Source of the DNA: Bdellovibrio sp.
Lineage (GTDB): Bacteria > Bdellovibrionota > Bdellovibrionia > Bdellovibrionales > Bdellovibrionaceae
DNA length: 64,000 bases
Direction of reading: 5' to 3'
Assembly (NCBI GenBank): GCA_036676395.1
Contig: JAKFCY010000002.1
Coordinates: 736,001 to 800,000, forward strand
Below, piece by piece: positions 9,670-18,422 of the stretch (position 1 is its first letter; each line of letters begins with the position of its first letter). A model generated the notes under the pieces. That model ran no database searches. It had not been told where the DNA came from and saw nothing but the letters and a program-made list of their open reading frames with translations. Both the position numbers and the translations under genes were made by a program.

Positions 9670-10650
9670 ATGAAACTTTTAAGCCTAATTGCAACTTTAG
9701 CTTTCGCAGTCTCAGCCTTAGCTGCTGAACCAAAACTTATTAAAATCGATGGATCATCAACTGTGTATCCAATCACTGAAGCGATGGCTGAAGAATTTCA
9801 AGCCTCACAAAAAGGGGCTGTAAAAATCACGGCAGCATTTTCTGGCACGGGTGGTGGTTTTAAAAAATTCTGCCGTAACGAAATTGAAGTGACAGGAGCT
9901 TCTCGTCCAATTTCGCAATCTGAAGTTGAAAATTGTCGTACCGCTAAAGTTAAATTTTATGAGCTACCAGTGGCATTTGATGCAACAGTAGTTATTGTGC
10001 ATCCATCTAATCCGTTGACTCAAATCACGGTTGAAGAACTTAAAAAGATGTGGGCCCCAGAAGCTCAGGGTAAAATTAAAACTTGGGCTGATATCAACCC
10101 AGCTTGGCCAAAAACTCCGTTGAAACTTTACGGTGCGGGCGCAGATTCTGGAACATTTGATTACTTTACTGAAGCTATCGTTGGAAAAGCAAAATCATCA
10201 CGCGGTGATTATACAGCTTCTGAAGATGACAATATCTTAGTAAAAGGTGTATCTGGCGATAAAGGGGCATTAGGCTATGTGCCTTTGGCTTATTATTTAG
10301 AGAACAGTAAAAAAATTAAAGCATTAGCAATTGTGAACAAACAAGGTAAAGCGATTCTTCCAACAAAAGAAACTGTTGAAAATGCTGCTTATAACCCGCT
10401 ATCGCGTCCTTTATTTATTTACGTAAATGCAGAAGCAGCAAAGCGTACAGAAGTTAAGGATTTCGTAATGATGTATATTAATTCTGCGAGCGAAATTGTT
10501 CCGCAAGTGAAGTATGTACCTCTTCCTAAAAAAGCGTATGACGCGGCGATTGAACACTTTAATAAAGGTAAATTAGGTACGGTGTTTAATGGCCATGCTG
10601 GTATCGGTATGACTATCGAAGAGCTTCTTAAAAAAGAATCTTCTTTATAG
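9670..10650 (+). CDS. pstS: Phosphate ABC transporter substrate-binding protein
   Basis: Signal peptide; IKIDGSSTVYPITEA, SGTGGGFKKF, DSGTFDYF, YNPLSRPLFIY. Confidence 0.95.
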   Translation: MKLLSLIATLAFAVSALAAEPKLIKIDGSSTVYPITEAMAEEFQASQKGAVKITAAFSGTGGGFKKFCRNEIEVTGASRPISQSEVENCRTAKVKFYELPVAFDATVVIVHPSNPLTQITVEELKKMWAPEAQGKIKTWADINPAWPKTPLKLYGAGADSGTFDYFTEAIVGKAKSSRGDYTASEDDNILVKGVSGDKGALGYVPLAYYLENSKKIKALAIVNKQGKAILPTKETVENAAYNPLSRPLFIYVNAEAAKRTEVKDFVMMYINSASEIVPQVKYVPLPKKAYDAAIEHFNKGKLGTVFNGHAGIGMTIEELLKKESSL

Positions 10651-10682
10651 TGCCTTGAATTCTATACAACATAATACTTATT

Positions 10683-10708
10683 AAGCCCGCGTAAAAGCGG
10701 GCTTTTTT
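10683..10708 (+). terminator. Intrinsic terminator after pstS
   Basis: AAGCCCGC-GTAAAA-GCGGGCTT followed by a T tract. Confidence 0.85.
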
Positions 10709-10729
10709 CGTTTTAAGAGCCATTATAAT

Positions 10730-10744
10730 TGGCCTTGGTTTTGT
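10730..10744 (+). promoter_or_regulatory. sigma54-type promoter candidate (GG-N10-GT variant)
   Basis: TGGCCTTGGTTTTGT just upstream of the RBS and ATG 10768. Confidence 0.4.
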
Positions 10745-10767
10745 ATGTAGAGTCGTAGGGGGACAAA

Positions 10768-11328
10768 ATGAAACTAAAAATCGCTATCTCTACATTGGTT
10801 TTACTGGGTGCATTTTCAGCAAATGCAGCAACTTTTGGTGCTTTAACAATCGCCGGTGCAGGCTGCGCCAATAAAACTTCTGACTTAAAAGTTATATCGC
10901 AAGAAGACTCGTTATACGCCCTTCCCTTAAATCTTTACGTAAAAAAAGAAGCTGGTACTTCACTTGATCGCAAAGCCTGTACCGCAAGCTTATTGGTAAC
11001 ATTAGCAAGTGATGAAAAACTTGTTGTCGAAAATGTTTCGCAAAAAGTAAATACACGTGTTCACGCGGGTGGAACAGCAAAAGCCCAACTTGAAGTGTTC
11101 TTAACCGGACAAAAAGGTGAAGTGTTAAAAGCTGAATCTGTAGCCGCTGATCAATACGTAAGTTCTCGTCATCATCTTTCACAAGATGGTGTTGTTGCTG
11201 AATCTAGCTGTGGTGGTGAAGTCATTGTTCGTGCAAATGCTTCTGGCGTTGCCATGGCTTCGGCTAAAGTCAGTATTTATCACGAAGACCTTAAGTTAAA
11301 TCTTAAAGTCGTGAAATGCGCTCAGTAA
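10768..11328 (+). CDS. Secreted DUF4360-like protein
   Basis: Signal peptide ending ANA; TIAGAGC, DRKAC, SSCGG and terminal C resemble the DUF4360 Cys pattern. Confidence 0.65.
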   Translation: MKLKIAISTLVLLGAFSANAATFGALTIAGAGCANKTSDLKVISQEDSLYALPLNLYVKKEAGTSLDRKACTASLLVTLASDEKLVVENVSQKVNTRVHAGGTAKAQLEVFLTGQKGEVLKAESVAADQYVSSRHHLSQDGVVAESSCGGEVIVRANASGVAMASAKVSIYHEDLKLNLKVVKCAQ

Positions 11329-11329
11329 T

Positions 11330-11893
11330 TTAGTTTAACGGCCAGATATAAACAGTCTGCATCGTGTTTTTTTCTAACACTTCGTAGATCTCTAAAACGG
11401 GGCCTTTACGTTGTAAGTTCTGCTCTTTAACATATTCATCGGCTTTAGGGTAAACTTTCAATGGGCCTATGCCTGGAGCACCTGTGAACAGAGCCACTGC
11501 AGCTTTTGTTTCGGCATACACTTCAGTTTTAAAACCTTCGGGTAATTTATCTTTTAGCGTGGCAAAAAGTTTAGCTTCGTTTTCATCTTTTGGGTCAACC
11601 AAACAACCACCGCGAGCGCGCAGTCGACCTTCTTCAACTAAGGCTGGGTTATCTAAGTATTCGCCAAAACTTAAACGACATTTTAAACCTTGTGATCTGG
11701 TCCATTTTTCAACTTCTTCAATTGTTGAAACGATTTTGTGGTAAGCACCCGTATAGTCTTTGTAAATCAAAGTGTATGGACCGCGCTGATCAGTCGCTAC
11801 AGTTACGCCTTTGAATGCGCCTGTGTATTGCATCAAGTATAAGAAAAAAACCACTAAACCAATCGTAACGGCGAATAATGTGTGCTTAACCAT
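11330..11893 (-). CDS. Membrane-anchored GyrI-like small-molecule-binding domain protein
   Basis: N-terminal TM; YTGAYHKI, FGEYLDNP, LRARGGC, LKVYP, VLEIYE. Confidence 0.7.
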   Translation of the reverse strand: MVKHTLFAVTIGLVVFFLYLMQYTGAFKGVTVATDQRGPYTLIYKDYTGAYHKIVSTIEEVEKWTRSQGLKCRLSFGEYLDNPALVEEGRLRARGGCLVDPKDENEAKLFATLKDKLPEGFKTEVYAETKAAVALFTGAPGIGPLKVYPKADEYVKEQNLQRKGPVLEIYEVLEKNTMQTVYIWPLN

Positions 11894-11898
11894 TTATT

Positions 11899-12450
11899 TT
11901 AGACTTTCCATTTAATAGAACAACCCATTGACGGGGTTTGGGGTTGTAGCGGGCGGTGATTTTTTAAATCAAGGGCCGCATCGTAAAGTTCACGTTTTGT
12001 GACTTTATCTTGGTCTTGCCAGTTATCATCAAGGCGGCCGCGAAATTGTAATTTCAATTGGCCATCGTACATAAAATAATCTGGGGTACAAACTGCGCCA
12101 AATTTTTTAGCTACTTCTTGTGATTCATCGTGAAGATAAAAAAAGCTGTATTCTTTTTCGAAAAAACGTTTACGTAAATTTTCAAAACTGTCTTCAGTGT
12201 ACTTAGTGTCTGTGTTCGAACAAATCGCTACAACGTTAATATTCTGCGCTTTTAAATCTTTTCCTAATGTAATCAGGCGATCTTCAATGGCTTTTACATA
12301 AGGGCAGTGATTACAAATAAACATAACTACTAATGGATTGCCGTTTGAAAAATCTTTTAGCGAATAAGTTTTGCCATCCATGCCGGGTAAAGTGAACTCA
12401 GGGCAAGCTTGGCCGAACTCTGGCTTTTCTGGAGTATAAGTTAACGCCAT
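11899..12450 (-). CDS. Thioredoxin-fold peroxiredoxin-like protein (AhpC/TSA family)
   Basis: FICNHCPYV, AVCTPDYF, RGRLDD, PSMGCSIKW. Confidence 0.92.
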   Translation of the reverse strand: MALTYTPEKPEFGQACPEFTLPGMDGKTYSLKDFSNGNPLVVMFICNHCPYVKAIEDRLITLGKDLKAQNINVVAICSNTDTKYTEDSFENLRKRFFEKEYSFFYLHDESQEVAKKFGAVCTPDYFMYDGQLKLQFRGRLDDNWQDQDKVTKRELYDAALDLKNHRPLQPQTPSMGCSIKWKV

Positions 12451-13163
12451 AAATCCTCTTTTAAAGTTTTAAAATTAGAATATTTTGTGACCAGTTTTGG
12501 ATGCATGTTAAAAACTGCTAACATTGAAGCTTGCATGGTTTCATCAGGCTCAAGATTGGCTTCTGGAATTAAAGCGCACACTTCAAATAATAAACGATCT
12601 AAAAATTTGATCCAATCTGAGCCCATCACACCTGGAAATTTATGTTTGCTCATTTCAGAAAATAAATCTGTCGCGATCGGAAGATCAGGATGAGCAAAAA
12701 CATTTAATCCAAGGCCCACAATAATACGGTGTTGGTTGCCTTGAGTGACTGTTTCAACTAAAAGACCTGCGATTTTTTTATCGTCGATGTATAAATCATT
12801 CGGTGCTTTTAAATTCCAGTTTAAAAATGGCCATGTGGCACGGGCTGCGTGAAATAATCCAAGACCGATCATTGAAGTGATGTACGGGGTTGGAATAACC
12901 GGAGATTGAAAAGACCAGCTTGATAATAAACTAGAACCAACCGGAGGTGTGGCCCAGGTGTTGTTGCCACGCCCGCGGCCTTGAGTTTGTTCATCAGTCA
13001 CATAGAGTTGAATAGCATCAAGCCCGTTGAAAGCATCTTCTTTAGCTAGGTCATTCGTGCTTTCAGTGCTTTTTGTATAGTCGCAAGAAATGTTATGCAT
13101 TTCTGCCCATGACGCTGTAATTACGCCGATCTTGATATCGTTTAATGGTGATTCTTGTGTCAT
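12441..13163 (-). CDS. birA: Biotin--protein ligase (no HTH domain)
   Basis: STND, QTQGRGRGNNTW, LKAPNDLY, KKIAGLLVE, GLGLNV; follows nadC. Confidence 0.88.
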   Translation of the reverse strand: MTQESPLNDIKIGVITASWAEMHNISCDYTKSTESTNDLAKEDAFNGLDAIQLYVTDEQTQGRGRGNNTWATPPVGSSLLSSWSFQSPVIPTPYITSMIGLGLFHAARATWPFLNWNLKAPNDLYIDDKKIAGLLVETVTQGNQHRIIVGLGLNVFAHPDLPIATDLFSEMSKHKFPGVMGSDWIKFLDRLLFEVCALIPEANLEPDETMQASMLAVFNMHPKLVTKYSNFKTLKEDLWR

Positions 13164-13166
13164 TGT

Positions 13167-13988
13167 TTATCCCCAGTCAAATAGAAGACTGACATCAGCA
13201 CAAGGAGCCGAATGGGTCAAGGCGCCGACCGAAATGAAATCAATACCGATAGCGGCAACGCCGCCAACGCGCTCTAAATTCATATTGCCGCTGGCTTCGG
13301 TTTTTACGAAATCTGGCACAAGTTTACGCGCTTCGGTTAACATTTCATTATTCATATTATCTAATAAAATACGGTCTACACGAAGGCCTATGGCCTCTTT
13401 AACTTGCTCTAACGTTGAGGCTTCAACTTCAATCGGTAAGTTCGTGTGCTGACGGGTACGGGTCACGGCTTGCGTAATACCACCCATCAGGGTGATGTGA
13501 TTATCTTTAATTAGAATTGCATCAGATAAATTAAAACGGTGATTCATTCCGCCACCATGAACTACGGCGCGTTTTTCTAATTCACGAAATAGGGGCGTCG
13601 TTTTACGAGTGTCTAAAATTTTACAGCGAGTGCCTTGCACAGCCATAACATATTTACGAGTTAAGGTGGCAATACCAGAAAGTAATCCTAAGAAATTTAA
13701 AGCTACGCGTTCGGCTTTTAAAACTTGTATTAAATCGCCTTCGATTGAACAAATTGTTTGGCCGCTATAAACCAAATCACCTTCTTCGAAAAGCCATTTG
13801 ATTTTTACACTGGGTTCTAAAAATAAAAGTGTTTGTTCAAAAGCCGTTGAACCAGAAAGCACTAAGTCTGCCTTCGCTTTTAAAATGGCTTCGCCTTGTT
13901 TTGGTTTTACCGCTAAGGATTCGGTCGTGATATCGCCAAAAGGCATATCCTCTTTAAGGGCTTCTTTGATTAGATCATGGATTGTCAT
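13167..13988 (-). CDS. nadC: Quinolinate phosphoribosyltransferase
   Basis: ERVALN, SGIATLT, LDTRKTTP, NHRFNLSDAILIKDNH, LLDNM, EASG, ISVGALTHS. Confidence 0.97.
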   Translation of the reverse strand: MTIHDLIKEALKEDMPFGDITTESLAVKPKQGEAILKAKADLVLSGSTAFEQTLLFLEPSVKIKWLFEEGDLVYSGQTICSIEGDLIQVLKAERVALNFLGLLSGIATLTRKYVMAVQGTRCKILDTRKTTPLFRELEKRAVVHGGGMNHRFNLSDAILIKDNHITLMGGITQAVTRTRQHTNLPIEVEASTLEQVKEAIGLRVDRILLDNMNNEMLTEARKLVPDFVKTEASGNMNLERVGGVAAIGIDFISVGALTHSAPCADVSLLFDWG

Positions 13989-14021
13989 GTGTTATCCGTT
14001 TCAGTTATCTATGTAACTTCG

Positions 14022-14960
14022 TTACACTGATTTTTCAATATCGGTTAGGAGTTTTTTTAATTCTTCCCTGACAATTTTCTCTGTGATTTCGGGAATAATC
14101 TGCCAACAGATTTTCTCCGCCATCGAGCGCACTTCTTCGCGCACGAGCTGTTCATCAAAACGGGTTAAAGGTTTACCTTTACCGCCGTCGTTTGAATTTT
14201 GAATTTTATTTAACGCCACTGGTGAGTTTTCAAGATAGTTTTTCAACTGGCCTTGAATTTTTGTTTCCAGCTCGTCTTCTTTATCGCTTTTAACCAAAAC
14301 CACTTCTTCAAATTCGCCGAAGTTTTCGGTTTCAATTTGAATATCGTTAGATGGATCATACTCTTCAGTGATGGTATGAACCGCAGGAGCCTTTTGTGTT
14401 TTAGCAGGCGTAGGTTTATTTTTAGTGGCCACCGGTTTTAAATCTAAAGGTTGGAAATCTTCAAGATCGTCATCGATCACTAACGAATCATTTTGGGCTT
14501 GGTTTTGTAAACGATGGCGAACCATAGTTTCAGATTCTTCGAAATCCGGAAGCGTTGGAAAATCTAATAAACCCTTTAATGGGTGAGTGTCAGTTTTTTT
14601 AACTAGGCGATTAACGACATCACGTAAACCTTCTGTATCAAAAGGTTTTTCTAAGCGACCATTAGCCCCAGCTTTTTGCGCCAATTTTTCGTCAAATTCC
14701 ATAAAACTACTCCACATTAAAACCACGGGAATATTTTTTAACTGAGGATGGGCCTTGATATCGCCGCACACTTCGTAGCCGTTACGTTTTGTTAAAAGAA
14801 TGTCAGCAAAGATAAGCTCTGGACGAAAATCTAGCGCCACTGAAATCACATCGATTCCAGAGGGAACACTTTTTACTTCGATACCGTAATCAGAAAGTGC
14901 TAGTTGCAGAACTTTCTTAATGGTCGAGCTTTCATCAGCTAATAAGACGCGTAAGGCCAT
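14022..14960 (-). CDS. romR: RomR-like polarity response regulator (receiver, acidic/Pro linker, conserved C-terminal helix)
   Basis: Likely start MALRVLLADESSTIKKV (ATG at 14960); C-terminus AEKICWQIIPEITEKIVREELKKL resembles the RomR C-terminal motif. Confidence 0.75.
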   Translation of the reverse strand: MALRVLLADESSTIKKVLQLALSDYGIEVKSVPSGIDVISVALDFRPELIFADILLTKRNGYEVCGDIKAHPQLKNIPVVLMWSSFMEFDEKLAQKAGANGRLEKPFDTEGLRDVVNRLVKKTDTHPLKGLLDFPTLPDFEESETMVRHRLQNQAQNDSLVIDDDLEDFQPLDLKPVATKNKPTPAKTQKAPAVHTITEEYDPSNDIQIETENFGEFEEVVLVKSDKEDELETKIQGQLKNYLENSPVALNKIQNSNDGGKGKPLTRFDEQLVREEVRSMAEKICWQIIPEITEKIVREELKKLLTDIEKSV

Positions 14961-15037
14961 GACTAAAGTACATATCACAATACCGCTTGAGTCAAGAGTA
15001 AGGCACAATAAAATATGTAACCAGATACGGGAAAAAT

Positions 15038-16117
15038 ATGAATCGTGTAGATCGCTATATTCTAAGTCTTTTTTGGGTATCCTTTGCCGCAGGTTTAGTG
15101 ATTTTTGTGACTTTGTTTTTAGCAACAGATGTGATGAGCAATGTTTTGCGCTTCAAGTCTGTCGATACTGGGGTTTTTCTAAGCTACTACGGTTATTTTT
15201 TACCTGAAATTATTCATAAAATGTTACCGGTGGCCTCTGTCGTGGGGCTTGTATTAACAATTTCATCATTGAATAAAGGTTCAGAGCTCATTGCGTTATT
15301 TGCCTCGGGGTTAAGTTTATTTCGTATCTCACGTTGGATATTTATTTCGCTTTTAGTTGTCGGAATGATTGATTACGTGGCGAGTGATCGGTTGCTGCCG
15401 ATGTTTACAAAACAGAAGAACTTCACTTTTTATAATTTCATTGAACAAAAGCCTTCGAAGTTTCAAACCATCAAAACAGATAAGATCTGGTACCGTTCAC
15501 GCAACACGATTTTTAATATTAAAACTCTGAATGCTGAAGGAAATATAGCCCAAGGTTTAACACTTTATTTTTTTGATGAAGCTTGGAATTTGAAACAACT
15601 TTTAACCGCCGAATCTGTTGTCTTAGAAGGTTCAAAATGGCTCTTACGAAATGGTTCGATATCGGTTTTTAGTTCTGAATCAAGTTTTCCGCTGAATGAT
15701 AAATTTGAGCAAAAAACAATCGTCATGGCCGAAGATGCTCAGGATTTGCGAAGTACGGGGCAAACTTCAGATCTTTTATCGCACAGTGAACTTTCGCGTT
15801 ATATTTCAAAAAACAAAGAAGCCGGCCTTGATACAGTTAAATACGAAGTCGATTACTTTTCAAAACTAAGTTTTGCCTTAGCAGGCTTAGTGATGAGTCT
15901 ATTGGCATTGCCATTTTGCGTAGGGCAGGCACGCGGTGGTGGTATGGCTAAAAATGCAGGTATCGTGCTTGGATTAGTGGTGGGCTATTGGATTGCTTAT
16001 AGCTCAATGCAGACGATGGGATATCATGGCACGGTTCCGCCCTTTGTGGCTGCCTGGGGATCGAACATTGTGATGACCGGTTTTGGGGTCTTCTTTCTCT
16101 TGCGTCTGAAAAAATAA
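15038..16117 (+). CDS. lptG: LPS export ABC transporter permease (LptF/LptG family)
   Basis: DRYI at the N-terminus, SELIALFASGLS, 3+3 TM helices around a periplasmic beta-jellyroll, PPFVAAWGSN. Confidence 0.85.
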   Translation: MNRVDRYILSLFWVSFAAGLVIFVTLFLATDVMSNVLRFKSVDTGVFLSYYGYFLPEIIHKMLPVASVVGLVLTISSLNKGSELIALFASGLSLFRISRWIFISLLVVGMIDYVASDRLLPMFTKQKNFTFYNFIEQKPSKFQTIKTDKIWYRSRNTIFNIKTLNAEGNIAQGLTLYFFDEAWNLKQLLTAESVVLEGSKWLLRNGSISVFSSESSFPLNDKFEQKTIVMAEDAQDLRSTGQTSDLLSHSELSRYISKNKEAGLDTVKYEVDYFSKLSFALAGLVMSLLALPFCVGQARGGGMAKNAGIVLGLVVGYWIAYSSMQTMGYHGTVPPFVAAWGSNIVMTGFGVFFLLRLKK

Positions 16118-16156
16118 TTTAATACTCTCTGCCTTGCTGAAAGCGAGCATTAACAG

Positions 16157-16771
16157 ATGGCCAAACTTGAAATTTTAACATATCCAAATCCATTACTTCG
16201 CGAGGTTTCTAAACCCGTTGAGAAATTTACTCCAGAAGTTGTGACTAAACTTAAAAAGTTAGCTGAAGACATGCTTGAAACAATGTATGATGCCAATGGC
16301 ATCGGTTTAGCGGCTCCACAAGTTGGTGAATTAGTTCGCATGCTTGTTATTGATTGCCGTCCAAAAAGCGATTCTGGCCGCTACGAAATCGGCGATATGA
16401 CTGAGCTTGAGCAAGGTGTTACACAGCCGTTGGTTTTAATTAATCCTGTTATTGTTAAAGGTGAAGGCAAAACAACTTTTGATGAAGGTTGTTTATCTGT
16501 TCCAAGTTTTTTTGAAACGGTTGAACGTTTCGAAAAAGTCGAAGTGCAGGCTTTTGATGTTAACGGTAAAGAGGTTCGTTTTACCACAGATGGTTTATTA
16601 GCCATCGTTATTCAGCACGAGATGGATCATTTAGAAGGTACTCTTTTTATTGATCACATCAGTTTTACCAAAAGTAATAAAATCAAAAATACGATCAAAA
16701 AAAGTGGCTATCCGACAAAAGAAGAAATGGCTGAAGCGCGTGATCGTAAGAAAGAACCTGTTAAGTCATGA
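16157..16771 (+). CDS. def: Peptide deformylase
   Basis: GIGLAAPQVG, EGCLS, QHEMDHLEG. Confidence 0.98.
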   Translation: MAKLEILTYPNPLLREVSKPVEKFTPEVVTKLKKLAEDMLETMYDANGIGLAAPQVGELVRMLVIDCRPKSDSGRYEIGDMTELEQGVTQPLVLINPVIVKGEGKTTFDEGCLSVPSFFETVERFEKVEVQAFDVNGKEVRFTTDGLLAIVIQHEMDHLEGTLFIDHISFTKSNKIKNTIKKSGYPTKEEMAEARDRKKEPVKS

Positions 16772-17718
16772 GCGTCGTCAGAGTTTGTTTTCTTGGCACG
16801 CCAGACTTTGCAGCCAAACATTTACAAACTTTATTAAATGATGATCACTATCTGGTGGTCGGCGTGGTCACTCAGCCTGACCGGCCAAGTGGCCGAAAAA
16901 TGCAGTTAACGCCATCTCCGGTTAAAGAATTAGCTTTAAAAAATAATTTACCCGTACTTACTCCTGAAAATTTACGCAAAGAACCCGAAGTGTTTGAACA
17001 GATTAAATCTTGGCAAGCCGAAGTGGCTGTCGTGGTCGCCTTCGGACAAATTTTATCGCAAGATTTTTTAGACAGCTTTGCTTTTGGCGCCGTGAATGTA
17101 CATGGCAGCTTGCTGCCTTTGTGGCGGGGGGCTGCTCCGATTCAGCGATCAATTGAAGCCGGAGACTCTGTCACAGGTGTGTGTTTGCAGCGTATGGTTA
17201 AACAATTAGATGCAGGCCCTGTGATCGGTGAACGTCGGATAAAATTAGATTCAGAAATCAATGCGACTCAGCTTTATGATCGATTAGCTGTTCTTGGTTG
17301 TGAGTTATTACATGTAGAATTAATGGATTATGTTCGTGGTAATTTGGTGCCTGTTCCACAAGATGAATCGTTAGTGACAATGGCGCCGAAAATTGCCAAA
17401 GAAGAAGCCCAGCTTGACCTGGTTCATAAATCAGCTGAGTGTTTACATAATAAAATTCGTGCTTTTACAATGGGCCCTGGAACATTTGTAAACTTTCAGG
17501 GTAAACGTTTAAAAATCCATAAAACCAAAGTTGAATCGCAAGCTTCTTCTGTTATGGCTGGTGAAGTGGCCGTAGTTAATGATCACGAACTGTTGATTCA
17601 AACCGCTCAAGGACAATTGTCTTTACTTGAAGTTCAGCCTGAATCAAAAAACCGGATGCCGATAACAGATTTTTTAAAATCGCACACTTTAGTTAAAGGA
17701 CGGAAAATCAATGAGTAA
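16768..17718 (+). CDS. fmt: Methionyl-tRNA formyltransferase
   Basis: FLGTPDFA, VVTQPDRPSGR, NVHGSLLPLWRGAAPIQR, LDAG. Confidence 0.97.
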   Translation: MSVVRVCFLGTPDFAAKHLQTLLNDDHYLVVGVVTQPDRPSGRKMQLTPSPVKELALKNNLPVLTPENLRKEPEVFEQIKSWQAEVAVVVAFGQILSQDFLDSFAFGAVNVHGSLLPLWRGAAPIQRSIEAGDSVTGVCLQRMVKQLDAGPVIGERRIKLDSEINATQLYDRLAVLGCELLHVELMDYVRGNLVPVPQDESLVTMAPKIAKEEAQLDLVHKSAECLHNKIRAFTMGPGTFVNFQGKRLKIHKTKVESQASSVMAGEVAVVNDHELLIQTAQGQLSLLEVQPESKNRMPITDFLKSHTLVKGRKINE

Positions 17719-18370
17719 AAAGCTAATCGCGCCGAGTTTGTTGTCTTCTGATTTTGCGGATTTAAAAACCGAGATCGCTAAAGTCACTGAGGCGGGTGCG
17801 CACTTACTTCATGTTGATGTGATGGATGGGCACTTTGTCCCGAATTTAACGATCGGCATGCCTGTCGTTAAAGCCATTAAAGGCGCGACTAAACTTCCGT
17901 TAGATGTGCATTTAATGATTGAGAGCCCCGAAAAATATATCGAAGAATTTGCCAAAGCGGGTTCTGATTATTTAACCATTCATGTTGAATCAACAGCGAA
18001 AGTTAAAGACTGTTTACTGCAAATTCGTAAACTGAAAATGAAACCCGGTATTACATTACGCCCAAAAACTAAATTAGACGAAATTAAGCCCTTTTTAGCA
18101 CTGGTTGATTTAGTTTTGATTATGACCGTAGAGCCTGGTTTTGGCGGTCAAAGTTTTATGCATGACCAATTAGAAAAAGTGTCATGGTTAAAAAGTTACC
18201 GTGATAAAAACCATTTAAGTTATTTGATTGAAATTGATGGCGGCGTAAACGAACAAACGGCGCAACTTTGCTGGGAAGCAGGCGCTGATGTCTTAGTCGC
18301 TGGCAGCGCGGTTTTCACAGGTGAAAAGTCTGCAGATAACTACCGAACAAACATTCAAAAGCTTGTCTAG
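17711..18370 (+). CDS. rpe: Ribulose-phosphate 3-epimerase
   Basis: IAPSLLS, HVDVMDGHFVPN, DVHLM, MTVEPGFGGQ, IDGG, VAGSA. Confidence 0.98.
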   Translation: MSKKLIAPSLLSSDFADLKTEIAKVTEAGAHLLHVDVMDGHFVPNLTIGMPVVKAIKGATKLPLDVHLMIESPEKYIEEFAKAGSDYLTIHVESTAKVKDCLLQIRKLKMKPGITLRPKTKLDEIKPFLALVDLVLIMTVEPGFGGQSFMHDQLEKVSWLKSYRDKNHLSYLIEIDGGVNEQTAQLCWEAGADVLVAGSAVFTGEKSADNYRTNIQKLV

Positions 18371-18393
18371 ATAAATTATTAAGAGTTCTTAAT

Positions 18394-18408
18394 TGGAGTG
18401 ATCTTTGC
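18394..18408 (+). promoter_or_regulatory. sigma54-type promoter candidate
   Basis: TGGAGTGATCTTTGC: GG 18395-96, GC 18407-08. Confidence 0.5.
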
Positions 18409-18422
18409 TTTTACTATAAAGC

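Noticed and set aside
14961..15125. 55-aa N-terminal extension of the response regulator in the ORF track
   Set aside because: It overlaps the divergent lptG; the receiver domain begins at MALRVLLAD (14960).
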